Position numbers and translations under genes: made by a program. Positions 37,401 through 46,390 of a stretch of DNA of 64,000 nucleotides are shown in pieces. The DNA is from a virus: the IMG/VR virus record IMGVR_UViG_3300028374_000008, positions 1 to 64,000 of that record; one strand, given 5' to 3'. Each line of letters starts with the position of its first letter. The first letter of the stretch is position 1. The notes beneath the pieces were generated by a model that saw nothing but the letters and a program-made list of their open reading frames with translations, was not told the origin of the DNA and searched no databases.

Positions 37401-37793
37401 ACTGTGGGCACGGAGAAGGCACGCTACAGCCTCGTCCAGATGCTGGTCGACCCTGACCGGCGCCCGTTCATCAACTCAAACGGCTACGGGGTGTTCCACG
37501 TCCCCGGCGAAGAGATCGTTGTCATCTGGCCGCAGCAAGTTCTGCGTCTCTTGAACGAGAGCGCGAAGTTTCGTCGTACCCAGTCGGCTCACCAGGTCTC
37601 AGATATGTTGGCGCGTAATCCTCAAGTACACCACAACCCGGCGTTTCTTGAGGCTAAGCCTAGTTTGATGCAATACTTACGCGATTTCATGTCTAACGTA
37701 GACGCCAACCGGTTGCTGTACGTGAAGTGGTCAGACTTGCCGTTCACACAGCCTAATCTGATCAACTACTCCTCGGAGAAGTTCGATGAATAA
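34494..37793 (+). CDS. DNA primase-helicase (Zn-binding, TOPRIM, P-loop)
   Basis: CLFPNHKDSNPSF...CLSCG, VEGEFD, ADNDKGG, KDPDE, QSGKST, LDEFE. Confidence 0.85.
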   Translation: MKKVTLTTKEKSRLLHDAGIEQVFDLCQEHKPGHQWRMSGQKIQGQCLFPNHKDSNPSFALLFVGNRVVGKCLSCGQIVSDGFKILALITGVKDELRLLHDVLGTRMRVKFDDSVEDALVLEDQFQTVKKAMLHASTQVLHNAMHSHDDEWGYAQDAVQYFQKRGIMPQALPLLDVGIYPNMRHFHDFSSTRYPEAMMHWESYFGPTVFDRQPQAKGKFGGWMLFGYRLDRSRIGRFKLRNPNNKDDQVTLGADRTETLGFFGMHAVSYSEDAKTGVVVEGEFDQIALFQDQKFNGRTRQPVIVACGGSGKVTDLDVMADIGVENVIIAADNDKGGFTATESILKRASQDEITDIRVYDWSDKLRAAGIKDPDEAIRKNMAQEFVSSLYSAAFTLTVPLWAVEATKRVLSGVSDPDAAQVARAAHPYANILADPASKEEFCIKISTTFDVDQGIINKRIGQANSDVQLIYNIEALLKRTCTPLYRSGTHTITVYAHDSRRVCEVDTGTMRKHLSSWRFVFGTTVWDFIEDRLGIPTWVRIDTGKKQPTERSRAVQKRMIEEAFDDAVQMFTATVRSREDLIVCRQGVHWANADDNSRDDALIPDDVPRQRVYVVNGDRVYRGEEDPVTGYAHYTELARPREGAYVFDLEPQPWSKAITRPQDMDNGGKLTHKECFEMRHKMLDCWKFKAQEPTQTFLAAQLDVLLPCLAFEYLPFIFFTAQTQSGKSTLLKGLIGGADPKEIGTVEGAFVSEDYTSAGVMQHATGVALPMCLDEFEDPASCDSPRKATAVRGLLEMSRNASTGSMQLRGTRDGEGREAMRRFMLITAGIAPFQQGQDLNRWFTIELENVEGKDAPEIVIAQTYSQDQIEELRMSTTLNSLRDIFKMRKRGAAYRKEALKGKNNGGKLEVTQTRFAKAMESVLAALDMAEYPDVWGFAQEFLNLNEDYVTRASSTEEELMYGAVMDTPCFTVGTEKARYSLVQMLVDPDRRPFINSNGYGVFHVPGEEIVVIWPQQVLRLLNESAKFRRTQSAHQVSDMLARNPQVHHNPAFLEAKPSLMQYLRDFMSNVDANRLLYVKWSDLPFTQPNLINYSSEKFDE

Positions 37794-37995
37794 CGACGAC
37801 ACCAAACTACAGAAGCAGTTCCTCTCCTCGTTTAGCGACTTAGACGACTTCGAAGGCGTCCACGTCAAGGGAGGGGAACTGACTGTCTGGGTACGTGACA
37901 CAAAGACGGCAGACAAAATTACAACCCGCATCGCCGATGACGAGAACCTCCAACAACTTTTCCAACCCGACAACTTAGTCTTCAAATATGGCTGA
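37786..37995 (+). CDS. Small hypothetical protein
   Basis: 69 aa overlapping both neighbours. Confidence 0.55.
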   Translation: MNNDDTKLQKQFLSSFSDLDDFEGVHVKGGELTVWVRDTKTADKITTRIADDENLQQLFQPDNLVFKYG

Positions 37996-40900
37996 TACCG
38001 AAACGATTTCCCCTCCCAGCTGGAAGCGTGCAAAGAAAGCCCACAGCTGCGTTGGATGTCCTTTCCAACGTTCGCAGTGCATGCTCTCCGGCCTCTATAA
38101 CCCCAACGCAACACTCACCATCGTCGCTGAAGCACCCGCTCCTGACACCATGTCCGCACGGCTGCCGTTCCAAGACAGAGAGGCGGCTGTCATCCGAGAG
38201 ATTATTCGTAAGGTCCGTGTCCAACACGGCTTGCCTGTTCAGTACAACGCAGCATACGTCGTCGGCGCCGCCCACCAGCGTGCGCCAAAGAAAGCAATCG
38301 TCACGCAGTGCTTCCCCTACTTAGAAGAAAAGCTTGGTGAGCACCGCAAGTACTACGACCACTTCAAACCTGACTGTGACAACATGCACGTCATCGTCAC
38401 GCTCGGTAAAACGGCCACGCAAGCGTTCTTACCTCGCATGGGGTCGCTTAAAAGCGCACGGGGCAAAGCCATTGAGATAACGGTGGGGGACCGGGACTTC
38501 ATCATCATCCCGACGTACGGCCCGCTTCAGCTTCTGTACACGCCGGGCCTGTCCCGTACGATCAAGCGTGACATCCACAAGGCGTGGCGCCTGTCCCGTC
38601 AATCGTCTCTGGACGCGCGAGCGCCTCTTGAGGAGCTCACCGCTGAGTATGTGTACCCCAAGACCCTCGAGGAGGTCGAAGCAGTCTGTACGGAGATTCT
38701 GTCGTACACAGACCCGGATAAACGTCCCGACCCAGACGACTGGCCCATCGCAGTCGACATCGAGACCAACACACTTCATCCCTACCAGCCCGACGCGCGT
38801 GTAAACGTTGTGTCGATTGCGTGGGACGATGGTCTTGCGACGTCCATCCTGCTCGACCACCCCGACGTTGCGTACGACACCGCGCAAGCGTGGCCGCACG
38901 TCGCCAAAGTCTTGGCCTCGAACAAGCCAAAGGTCTTCCACAACGGCCGCTTCGACATTCAGTTCCTGGAGCACCGCTTAGGTCACAAGGTCAACAACCT
39001 GTGGTGGGACACCATGTTGGCGGAGCACTTCTTGGACGAGGACAAGAAAGGGGAGTACAGCCTCAAAGTTCTGGCAGGGCACTACACTGAGGAGTACGCA
39101 GGCTACGAGAACATCTTGCAGCAAGCGTTCTTTGATGACGAGCTTGAGCGTCGCCGCGCCGACTTACCCGAAGGGCAAACCGCCCCTGACTGCGAGCAGT
39201 CCTGGGCACTCATGGCGTTCTTCCCTGGGCTAGACTACAAACCGTCATTTCTGCAGGTCGATGAGGACGAGGATTTAGAGCTCAAGAAAGAGCTTTTCAA
39301 CCTCGACAAGGACTACCTCAACGCCCACGTCAACAACTACAGCAAGGGCAAAACCAGTGCGCGCGGCAAGATTAACCGCCGGTGCGACAAGCACGACTTA
39401 GAACGTCCTGACACGGTAGACGACCTCGACTTCCAGCGCGTCGGGGACAACGGCTTTGAGCACATTCCAACGCCGGTGCTGTTGCGTTACGCAGCGGTCG
39501 ACGCCGACATCACGCGTCAGATTGTACGGTCGCAGCGCCAGCGCATGGTCTTGGCGGACGTTGAGGAGCAGACGGTGTTCCGAGACGGTAAGCGCACGAT
39601 GACTGAGCTGTACGTGCCAGGGACAATGGCCCTGTCTCGCATGGAGTACAAAGGCACACGGATGAACATTGAGCTCATCGAGACGTACCGCGAAGAAGCG
39701 GCAGTGCTCGAGGACAAAGCGCTGGCTGCGCTGCGTCAGTTGATCTGCCAACCTGAGTTCAACCCAAACTCGACCAACGACTTAGCGCAGGTCGTTGAGT
39801 ACGCTCTCGACATCCCAAGAGGCGATCTACAGTACACCGACGAAGGGTCTATCAGCGTGACCAAGGATTGGTACAACGCCATGGCCACGAAGTTTGAAGG
39901 CTCGTACACCGGCGAGTTCATGTACTACCTGCAGGTCTTTAAAGCGGCAGCCAAAACACGATCGTCGTTCCTAAAGAAGTTCGTTGAGATGGCCAAGCTC
40001 GACGGACGCATCCACACACGTTTCAACCTAAACGGTACAGCGACGGGACGTCTGTCGTCTGCTGGGCCCAACCTGCAAAACGTGCCACTGTACATGTGCC
40101 GCTTCCAGCCTCCGCCTGGCATTGAGCTTGGCCACTCCGGCATGAACATCAAAGCAGCCTTTATCCCGTCGACAGACGACAAGGTGTTCTTCCAGCTCGA
40201 CATTGCTGCTGCTGAGATTCGAGTGCTGTGTGCCTACGCTCGCGACCCCAAGCTGATTAAGGCGTTGCGTGAAGGCCTGGACGTCCACTCCTTTGTGGCG
40301 TCCGAGATCTTCGATATTCCGTATGACGAGGTCTACGCCAACAAGGACATCGACCCCGAGATGAAGCTCAAGCGTACGGCCACCAAGCGTGTGGTCTTCG
40401 GGATGATTTACGGGGCGGGGCCATACAAGATCGCCGAGCAAATCTACGGTGCGCTGGCACCAGAGGACTCGGACGAGTTTCACAAGCAGGTGGGTTTTGC
40501 CAAAGAAGTGATGAGCCTTTTGTTTGACCGGTTCTCCGGCATCCAGAAGTACATCGACGAGACGCATCGCACCGTAGACAGCCGCGGCTTCGTGACCACC
40601 TACTTTGGGCGGTACCGACGCTTCCCGCTCAAAGACACGTCGTGGAAGCTTGCACGACGTGCTGAGCGCATGGCGGTTAACTTCAAGATCCAGTCCACGG
40701 CGTCGGACATCGTGCTGTCGCAGTTGTGCGAGGTCGAAGAACACATCCACGAAATAGGAGGAGACTTACTGCTGACCGTCCACGACTCCGTGGCCGGCGA
40801 GATTGACCGTGACCGCGTCCCTGAGATGCGAGCGTTCTTTGACCACTACATTGTAGAGCGGGTCAAAGAGCGGTTCCCCTGGCTGCCTGTGCCGTTCAAG

Positions 40901-41038
40901 TACGACCTTGAGGTAGGCCCAAGCTACGGAGAGCTCGTGGCTTACGAAGTTCTAGAAAAAGGCCCCGACGCGGTACCCGACGGCATGCGGCCCAAGATTG
41001 ATGACTACATGTCCCGTGCGGGGCTCACATATTTTTAA
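37988..41038 (+). CDS. polA: Family A DNA polymerase with N-terminal UDG-like domain and 3'-5' exonuclease
   Basis: CVGCP...VAEAP...IVTLGKTA (UDG-like); VDIETN, HNGRFD, YAAVD (exo); TGRLSS.GPNLQNVP, DIAAAEIR, R...KRVVFGMIYG, TVHDS. Confidence 0.93.
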   Translation: MADTETISPPSWKRAKKAHSCVGCPFQRSQCMLSGLYNPNATLTIVAEAPAPDTMSARLPFQDREAAVIREIIRKVRVQHGLPVQYNAAYVVGAAHQRAPKKAIVTQCFPYLEEKLGEHRKYYDHFKPDCDNMHVIVTLGKTATQAFLPRMGSLKSARGKAIEITVGDRDFIIIPTYGPLQLLYTPGLSRTIKRDIHKAWRLSRQSSLDARAPLEELTAEYVYPKTLEEVEAVCTEILSYTDPDKRPDPDDWPIAVDIETNTLHPYQPDARVNVVSIAWDDGLATSILLDHPDVAYDTAQAWPHVAKVLASNKPKVFHNGRFDIQFLEHRLGHKVNNLWWDTMLAEHFLDEDKKGEYSLKVLAGHYTEEYAGYENILQQAFFDDELERRRADLPEGQTAPDCEQSWALMAFFPGLDYKPSFLQVDEDEDLELKKELFNLDKDYLNAHVNNYSKGKTSARGKINRRCDKHDLERPDTVDDLDFQRVGDNGFEHIPTPVLLRYAAVDADITRQIVRSQRQRMVLADVEEQTVFRDGKRTMTELYVPGTMALSRMEYKGTRMNIELIETYREEAAVLEDKALAALRQLICQPEFNPNSTNDLAQVVEYALDIPRGDLQYTDEGSISVTKDWYNAMATKFEGSYTGEFMYYLQVFKAAAKTRSSFLKKFVEMAKLDGRIHTRFNLNGTATGRLSSAGPNLQNVPLYMCRFQPPPGIELGHSGMNIKAAFIPSTDDKVFFQLDIAAAEIRVLCAYARDPKLIKALREGLDVHSFVASEIFDIPYDEVYANKDIDPEMKLKRTATKRVVFGMIYGAGPYKIAEQIYGALAPEDSDEFHKQVGFAKEVMSLLFDRFSGIQKYIDETHRTVDSRGFVTTYFGRYRRFPLKDTSWKLARRAERMAVNFKIQSTASDIVLSQLCEVEEHIHEIGGDLLLTVHDSVAGEIDRDRVPEMRAFFDHYIVERVKERFPWLPVPFKYDLEVGPSYGELVAYEVLEKGPDAVPDGMRPKIDDYMSRAGLTYF

Positions 41039-41053
41039 CACGTAGGAGTGCAC

Positions 41054-41365
41054 ATGATTGACGATAAGCACCTGCTCATACTGGCGTTCTCCACACCGGG
41101 GCGCTACCTCATGGGGTTGTCCAAGGTCTCCGCCGATGCGTACAACGCCGACTCTATGGTCACGCTGTATAGCCCAGTGCACATGACGTACATGGACGAT
41201 CGCATCACGATTCAGCCCATTTCGTTCATGAAAGTATTTCTGGCTTCGATGGATGCTTACGCAGGCATGGGCGATGCCGATAAGCAGGCGGAGGACGCGT
41301 ACGCCTCGTGGTACCAACTTCGCAAAAATCCTCCGAAATTTGAGGTAGAAGAAGATGTATCTTAA
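41054..41365 (+). CDS. Hypothetical protein
   Basis: AGGAG RBS; last gene of the replication block. Confidence 0.65.
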   Translation: MIDDKHLLILAFSTPGRYLMGLSKVSADAYNADSMVTLYSPVHMTYMDDRITIQPISFMKVFLASMDAYAGMGDADKQAEDAYASWYQLRKNPPKFEVEEDVS

Positions 41366-42634
41366 CCCAGTCATGCTCAGGCACTGACACGGGTTGCAGC
41401 AATAGAACACCACGGCACCGGTGTTAGTAGGCGTTACGCCTACGCTTTTCACCGCCTGGCCCAGCGCTCGCGAGAGACCCTGGGAGGCGTAGTGGAAAAG
41501 GGCCAGGCGCCTGAACGGCGCCATCTCCTCTTATACACTCCTGCAGTTTGGAGGGTTCCTGGAAGTGATGAAATCCAGAAGCTCCGAGCTCGAGACGGGG
41601 GGGAGTAGAAATAGTATTGCTGATGCACAGTATGAACGTAGAACACCACGGCACCGGTGTTAGTAGGCGTTACGCCTACGTTTTTCACCGCCTGGCCAGG
41701 AGCTTGCGAGAGTCCCTGGGAGGCGTAGTGTAAAGGGCCAGGCGCTCTTCGAGCGCTCCTCCGCCGCCGGCCATCGTATCCTCATCCGAGGACTCGATAC
41801 ATTCGTCCATGGAAAGAACGTGATATTACGCGAATCTTTTCAGAAGGAGCCCGGGCGGCCGAGAAATAGTACGTTCACGTAGTAAGTTCCTAGACGCTTT
41901 CGTGAAAGCGAGACAGCGTTACGCTGTCGTTTCTTACTTCACCAGCTTTGATCATAAGTCCTGGCTGACTTATGATCATGCGCACGTAGTAGGAACTTTC
42001 CCTCACACGAGCTAGTCGTGTCTCCTGGCTCAGTCAGTAGGGACTTCACGCTCAACGCCTCAAACCCGAGCTTGCCCTGGCGCCTGTTCGCTACGCTCAC
42101 GTCAGCCTGTGCAAGATCGGTTTGCGGATGTAGTAGGGACTTCACGCTCAACAAGCAATTCACACTGACGTTTCCAGTGTGAATCGCATGTAGTAGGCTT
42201 ACTAAGTTGCACCACCAGAGACGGGTCTGTAACACCCCCCGACCCGTTGACCAGCGTTACAGGCATGGTCACGCTACGTCTCTGGTGGTGCTTTTTTCTT
42301 TCCTTTTTTACCTCGAACAGACGGTAGGATCTCCGAGTAGGCGCTACGCCTACGCACGCCGCACACCCTTTCTTCGAAAGGATGGATGCACCTGATCCCA
42401 CGCCGAGAAGGATATGGAGACGCAATCCCCCAGCTCCCTGGCGGCCCAGTTGTAAAATAGTGTTCAGAGGTTTACCACGTAAACAGACGACGTCGCGCGC
42501 GTCGTAGTAGGCGTTACGCCTACGCTTTTACCGCGCGCAGCACCTCCGTTGGAGGTGCTGATCAGATGCGCCTACACGCACTAAGTCGTGCATACGCGTA
42601 TTTTTAACTGCCCCGGGCCCCGCATAAATAGTGT
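41366..42634. ncRNA. Non-coding structured repeat/hairpin array (candidate ncRNA cluster or origin)
   Basis: No credible ORF; four GTAGGCG-(T/C)TA-CGCCTAC palindromes, nine AGTA(G/A)G motifs on one strand, four AAATAGT, several 10-15-bp perfect stems. Confidence 0.5.
41403..41745. repeat. Two ~107-bp imperfect direct repeats (41403..41510 and 41639..41745)
   Basis: Both start TAGAACACCACGGCACCGGTGTTAGTAGGCGTTACGCCTACG and end GGGCCAGGCGC; period 236 bp. Confidence 0.95.
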
Positions 42635-44239
42635 TTACGTGCCTGTCATATTGATGGGGTAGAACTCCATCGTTCCCTTCGCCACTTCCATACCCACGCG
42701 ACCAAACACCTGCGCGTGAAGCGCATCGTCGGGGACAGACGGGAAGTGGCGCCACACACGACGTCCGTCCCCTTTTTTGGTGACCTCTTCGTACTCAGCA
42801 AGGATGTCGTCTATCGCGGGCTTCATCTGCGTGGGGTGTGCGAAAAAGACGTTCCCGTTTTTGTAGTCAAGCATCATGGCATCAATGGCCGCTGTGCGGT
42901 CCACGCTGTAGCGGTCTTTGCCGTTCCAGCGGATGTGCTGTGAGATAGAACCGTACTGGGCTTGCATGACTTTGTGTGAGCCCAGCCCTTCCACCAACAT
43001 GGCGTTTGCGACCGCGCCTCCACCTGCATCACCGCAAACCAGGTCGACCCCGTAGTCTTTGCATATGCTTATGATTTCTCGCACATCCGCCACCGCGTTC
43101 GCCGTCGGGAAGATGTGGTAGTACAACGTCTTCATGCGCCCGTCTGGCATCAATCCCCAGATGTGAATCACGGTACGCGACGCGTACTCCGACGACCCGC
43201 CGCCGGACCAGTCTACCCCTGCAACAATCTTTGAGACTTTCCGGAACATCTTCTTGTCCGGCTTGCGCTTGATCTTGTAGTCCCGGCACAGATTCTCCAG
43301 GTCTTCTTGAGACACCATGCGCGTACCGATGGCATCGGATACACCTAAGACCTCGTTTTTAAACTTCGACTCAGAGTACGTGTCGTACTTGTAGAGCACT
43401 CGACTCCAGCGTTTCTCAGACTCATTGTTGAGCGGCATGATGAGCTGAGAGACATGGAACCCGCGGATGTATGCGCCGGGGTTCATGGAGTACCAGATCC
43501 CTTTACGGGGATTTAAGTTCTTGCCGCACTTAACGCAGATGATACCCGTCTTGCCGATGTGACGATCGTCGATGACGTAGTTGTATTTGTTGCACCCCTC
43601 ACACTTCATCAACCACTCGTCCTGAGTGGAATGCTGCCACAAGTACTCGATGGTGTTCTCCATCGACTTGGGCGTTCCGAAGTACCACGTCCACCCGTAC
43701 TCGGACTCCGCCATACACTCGTTCACGACGGGGACGACGGCATCGTAGATGATGTCCTGAATCTCATCCCAGACGAGCTGGTCAGCCGAAACACCACGCA
43801 CCCGGTCAGGATCGTCTGATGCGTAGCTTAGGACCACTTCGGCACCGTTTGAGAAGTGCTTCATCCCAACGTTCATCGGGATGGATGGGTCCGTAAAGTT
43901 GTTGCGGATGTGTGGTGAGTACGTGATCCCCTTCTGCAAACGGGAGTGGGAGAAGCGTGCCGTCTGTCCCTGCGACGGGGACACGAACAACGTACGAAAG
44001 TGCGGTATCGCAATGGAGTTTGTCAGGATCATATTGTTGCCAGTCGTAGACTTGGCAACCTGACGCCCGCACTTCATCAGCAGAGCCTGCCAGTTCCCAT
44101 CGTAAATGGGACGGTAGAACTCGTAGTTTTGAAAGCTAAACGGCTCGCCTTCGAGGTGTATTAACGCTTCAGTGAGCTGCGATCTGGTATAAGAACCTAG
44201 ATCGTTTGGGTCAGCTTTGCGGTTAACATTTAACAGCAC
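42635..44239 (-). CDS. terL: Terminase large subunit
   Basis: GRQVAKST, VWDEIQD, FGTP, CEGC...CVKC, AGVDWSGG, PDDALHA. Confidence 0.9.
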   Translation of the reverse strand: MLLNVNRKADPNDLGSYTRSQLTEALIHLEGEPFSFQNYEFYRPIYDGNWQALLMKCGRQVAKSTTGNNMILTNSIAIPHFRTLFVSPSQGQTARFSHSRLQKGITYSPHIRNNFTDPSIPMNVGMKHFSNGAEVVLSYASDDPDRVRGVSADQLVWDEIQDIIYDAVVPVVNECMAESEYGWTWYFGTPKSMENTIEYLWQHSTQDEWLMKCEGCNKYNYVIDDRHIGKTGIICVKCGKNLNPRKGIWYSMNPGAYIRGFHVSQLIMPLNNESEKRWSRVLYKYDTYSESKFKNEVLGVSDAIGTRMVSQEDLENLCRDYKIKRKPDKKMFRKVSKIVAGVDWSGGGSSEYASRTVIHIWGLMPDGRMKTLYYHIFPTANAVADVREIISICKDYGVDLVCGDAGGGAVANAMLVEGLGSHKVMQAQYGSISQHIRWNGKDRYSVDRTAAIDAMMLDYKNGNVFFAHPTQMKPAIDDILAEYEEVTKKGDGRRVWRHFPSVPDDALHAQVFGRVGMEVAKGTMEFYPINMTGT

Positions 44240-44250
44240 CGGAGATACCT

Positions 44251-44376
44251 ATGAATTGGTTTTTCTCAGCAATCATGACCGTTGTAGTGTGGTCGGCGAT
44301 GATCGCCTTCGCACTCGCTCACCCTGTACTTGGCGGTCTTTTCATCCTCGGCGCAGTGCTGGTCGCTGCCCGATAA
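44251..44376 (+). CDS. Small membrane protein (41 aa)
   Basis: Read by hand: MNWFFSAIMTVVVWSAMIAFALAHPVLGGLFILGAVLVAAR; GGAG RBS; GGTATAAG at 44186. Confidence 0.55.
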   Translation: MNWFFSAIMTVVVWSAMIAFALAHPVLGGLFILGAVLVAAR

Positions 44377-44420
44377 CTGGCGCTTCATGCGCCCTTCCTC
44401 CACTACGGAGATGTTACAGC

Positions 44421-45737
44421 ATGTCTGATAACGCACAAAATGTCACCTCGTATGCCGATAAGATCGGCCTGGAACCCGTTAGCTTGAGCGTCGCACGCGG
44501 CGTTGCACAACTGTGTTGGTACGACCGGCACGTCCCGATGTTCATCTCAGAGTCGGGTATCGGCAAGACGGCGCTCATGAAGTCGCTCGGCCGTGCCCAC
44601 GATATGGACGTCATCATCTACTCACTGGCCCACTGTGAGCCAAGCGACATCACCGGCCCCATGTGGCCGACCAAAGACGGCACCGCATTCACCAACCTGC
44701 GTGACGAGCGCGTCCCCATTGAAGGCGAAGACGACCGGGCGCTGGCGTTTTGCGACGAGCCAAACCGCGCCGATATGACGACGCTCAACGCTGTCTTCCC
44801 TCTGTGGACAGAGCGGCGGCTGGGCTCGCACAAGATTGGTGAAAACGTTGTCGTCGCGGCAGCTATGAATCCACCTGAGGGGGATTACGCAGTTACCTCA
44901 CAGTTCTCCACTGACCCGGCCATGCGCCGGCGTACGTGTCAGATCTACGTTATCTTCAACCTCAACGAGTGGGCACGCCACGCCAAAAATCCTGGCCAGG
45001 CAGCAGAGATCGACCACTTCCCTCGGCTCGACAACAAAGAGCGGTTCGCCAATCGTGACCCGTACCGTCCGATGCACCATGCAGTCATCGAGTTTGTTGA
45101 GGCGCATGCAGACCTCGCGCTCGACGTGAAGTCGCGTCAGGCAGGTAAGGTGTACGCAAACCCCGCGTCCTGGGAGCAGGTCTCCGACACGTTCCACACC
45201 ATTGAGGAGCTTGAGCTCGACACCGATTCCGCGTACGTCGAGCGCGTGGTGAAGACCAAGATCGCAGGCCACATCGGCGCAGCACTCTCCAACGATGTCT
45301 GGGCGTACTACCGGAAGCACGCAGACGTCATCGACCCGCGCGAAGTCTTGCTCGAGTACAAAACAGGCGCGCCTATCCACGAGAAAATCCACCGCATGAT
45401 TCAGCGTGGACACGTCGGCCAGCTCGCTTCGTTGACCAATGTCATGGCGTCGGTGTGGGTCAGCACGCCCGACATGGACGACAAGGTCGTCGCCAAGTGT
45501 CTGGGTCTGTTCTTGTCTGAGGTACCCATGCAGGTAGCCTCGCAGGTCATCGAGCATCTCACCGCACACGACGCTGAGTCATCCGCGGGCGGCGCCTCTG
45601 TGACGTCTGAACGCCTGGCCAAATTGTCGTTGTATTTGTCGTCAGACGACAACTTCAAGAAGTACCGTCGTCACCGAAACGAGACCGTCACTGAGAACGC
45701 GGCAGCTGCGAAAGCAGCTCAGAGCGATGCTAGCTGA
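44421..45737 (+). CDS. MoxR-like AAA+ ATPase
   Basis: SESGIGKT, FCDEPNRA, AAMNP, DPAMRRR, NPASWE. Confidence 0.85.
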   Translation: MSDNAQNVTSYADKIGLEPVSLSVARGVAQLCWYDRHVPMFISESGIGKTALMKSLGRAHDMDVIIYSLAHCEPSDITGPMWPTKDGTAFTNLRDERVPIEGEDDRALAFCDEPNRADMTTLNAVFPLWTERRLGSHKIGENVVVAAAMNPPEGDYAVTSQFSTDPAMRRRTCQIYVIFNLNEWARHAKNPGQAAEIDHFPRLDNKERFANRDPYRPMHHAVIEFVEAHADLALDVKSRQAGKVYANPASWEQVSDTFHTIEELELDTDSAYVERVVKTKIAGHIGAALSNDVWAYYRKHADVIDPREVLLEYKTGAPIHEKIHRMIQRGHVGQLASLTNVMASVWVSTPDMDDKVVAKCLGLFLSEVPMQVASQVIEHLTAHDAESSAGGASVTSERLAKLSLYLSSDDNFKKYRRHRNETVTENAAAAKAAQSDAS

Positions 45738-46390
45738 CGCTCTCTCTTCGCTTTCATCTCTTCGACGTAGAGCTCTATCCCTGCCATCAACGCGAGTTGT
45801 ATGCCGGTAGGGCTCTCGTCGAATGGGGTGTCAGCGAGCTTGTCTTGGTCAAGCCTACCCCACCCCTTTTTTACCTTCTGAACAACGTCCTTATCCACAC
45901 GCGTCAGCTCGTGCAGGCGCTCTTCACAGAACTCTAAGCTCGGAGGCACACAGCACATACCGTCGTGCATGCACGAGGCCGCCGCGTAGCCTGCAGGTTC
46001 GTAGTCGAGGTACTCGTCCGGGGTGCCCTCATCGAACATGTCCTGTGTCAACTCGTTGATCTCGTTGACTGCCCACGCGATGTAGTCGGGTGATGCTTGT
46101 TGGTAGGCGTCTGGGATAACCGGGGTGCCGTTGAACGCTAAGACTGTGTTCTCAAAGACCGACGCGTCGGTGAACGCGCTGGCCTGTTCCCGTATCGTAA
46201 TCGCTGCGTGCAGTGCGTCCCACGCCGCGGGCGCCATCTCAATCCCCATCTCCACGAAGTCGAGCTCGAGTGTCTCCGGCTCGGTGTCGTGTAGCTCATC
46301 GCTGTAGAGCGCACGTGCTGCGAGGTAGCGTATCGACGCACATGTGTCGTCGTCACCTAACAGCTTCTTTGCCTGGTCTTTGGAGATCAC
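45719..46390 (-). CDS. Hypothetical protein
   Basis: 223-aa acidic ORF coupled to upstream minus-strand gene. Confidence 0.7.
   Translation of the reverse strand: MISKDQAKKLLGDDDTCASIRYLAARALYSDELHDTEPETLELDFVEMGIEMAPAAWDALHAAITIREQASAFTDASVFENTVLAFNGTPVIPDAYQQASPDYIAWAVNEINELTQDMFDEGTPDEYLDYEPAGYAAASCMHDGMCCVPPSLEFCEERLHELTRVDKDVVQKVKKGWGRLDQDKLADTPFDESPTGIQLALMAGIELYVEEMKAKRERQLASL

Noticed and set aside
41403-42523. CRISPR array
   Set aside because: Spacing is irregular (about 50-240 nt), the intervening segments are themselves structured or duplicated, and there is no cas operon. The two Cas4-like nucleases are ordinary replication-block genes.
41366-42634. tRNA genes
   Set aside because: No cloverleaf with a T-loop GTTCRA and acceptor stem was recognised.
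40952-42755. Short ORFs across the non-coding array
   Set aside because: They are translations of palindromic repeats, mutually overlapping, with no protein-like features.
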